DNA of 64,000 nucleotides from positions 12,586,001 through 12,650,000 of the forward strand of contig NC_043021.1 of assembly GCF_006345805.1 (NCBI RefSeq), read 5' to 3'. The translations under genes and the position numbers were made by a program. The stretch is from Octopus sinensis (lineage: Eukaryota). Shown here piece by piece: positions 63,250 through 64,000 of the stretch (position 1 is the first letter of the stretch; every line of letters begins with the position of its first letter). The notes beneath the pieces were generated by a model. It did no database searches and had not been told where the DNA came from. It saw nothing but the letters and a program-made list of their open reading frames with translations.

Positions 63250-64000
63250 GTAAGTCAACGTAGCTGCTGTTGTTGTTGTTATTGCTTAATCCCACCACTA
63301 CCACCACCACTACACATAACAACTAAGTAAGCTCATACTGAGCAGAGCTAAGACTGCAAGCACTCTGTGACCATACTAAGACTCTTGAGCATTGATATTA
63401 TTCATGTTAATATTATTATTATTATTATTATTATTATATAAGTGAGGGTGCATGGCTTAATGGTTTGGGTGTTGCACTCATGATTTAGTGATCATGATTT
63501 CAATTCCTGGACTGTGTGGTGCATTGTGTCTCTAAAGAAAACACTTCACCTCACATTGCTCTGTGGTCACTTCGACACCTGATGCGTGGTACACTGTCCA
63601 CCTGTTCAGACAACGTCAATTTGATGGAGGGAGTGAACTAATATGTAACACGAACATAGGATCACTTTAAACAAATAATTTTTGCAGGTTGTTCGACTAA
63701 AGCTGGATACTCATACAACATCTTCAATACGTGAGTCCATCATTATTGTGTGAGAGCAATGCATGCCATGATTTATTTGGTCCTACTCAAGCCATACCTG
63801 GCTCATAAGGGCCAGTTTCCCGGTTTCCTTGGCATATAGGTTCCCCACCTGGATGGCATGCCAGTCCATCACAGGTAAGCTGCAAGATTCAGGAGGAAAG
63901 AGTGAGAGAAATTTATGGTGAAAGAGTCAGCAGAAGTTCGCCATTACCTTCTGCTGGAGCCACGTGGAGCTTAGGTGTTTCACTCATAAACACACACATT

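Overview
AT-rich, repeat-dense eukaryotic DNA, most likely from an octopus (inferred from the SINE/LINE families and the microsatellite load). Three spliced protein-coding genes can be rebuilt with phase-consistent GT-AG junctions. (1) WDR76/CMR1 on the minus strand: 7 coding exons from 12459 down to 968, continuing past the window start. (2) A gene of about 370 aa with nine ankyrin repeats on the plus strand: 9 coding exons, 13249-43489, head-to-head with WDR76 across about 0.8 kb; the last two exons are less certain. (3) The 5' part of an SLC6 Na+/Cl- transporter (GlyT1/amino-acid-transporter-like) on the plus strand: exons at 55749, 62264 and 63118, continuing past the window end. The rest is mobile DNA: at least three tRNA-derived SINE families, RTE, CR1/L2 and restriction-like-endonuclease LINE fragments (R4/Dong, CRE, HERO-like), a near-complete IR/DR Tc1, several mariner relics, an internally deleted piggyBac with TTAA MITEs, Helentron-like elements, and mini/microsatellites. 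I found no CRISPR array, rRNA or true tRNA, and no clearly new multi-gene system. The most unusual signals are a perfect 111-bp-arm palindrome, a LINE-3'UTR-seeded minisatellite with a 180-bp higher-order repeat, an apparent GGTA target preference of one SINE family, an orphan ORF inside a mariner, and a structured CpG-rich segment in WDR76 intron 1. All coordinates and translations were read by hand; no database searches were run.
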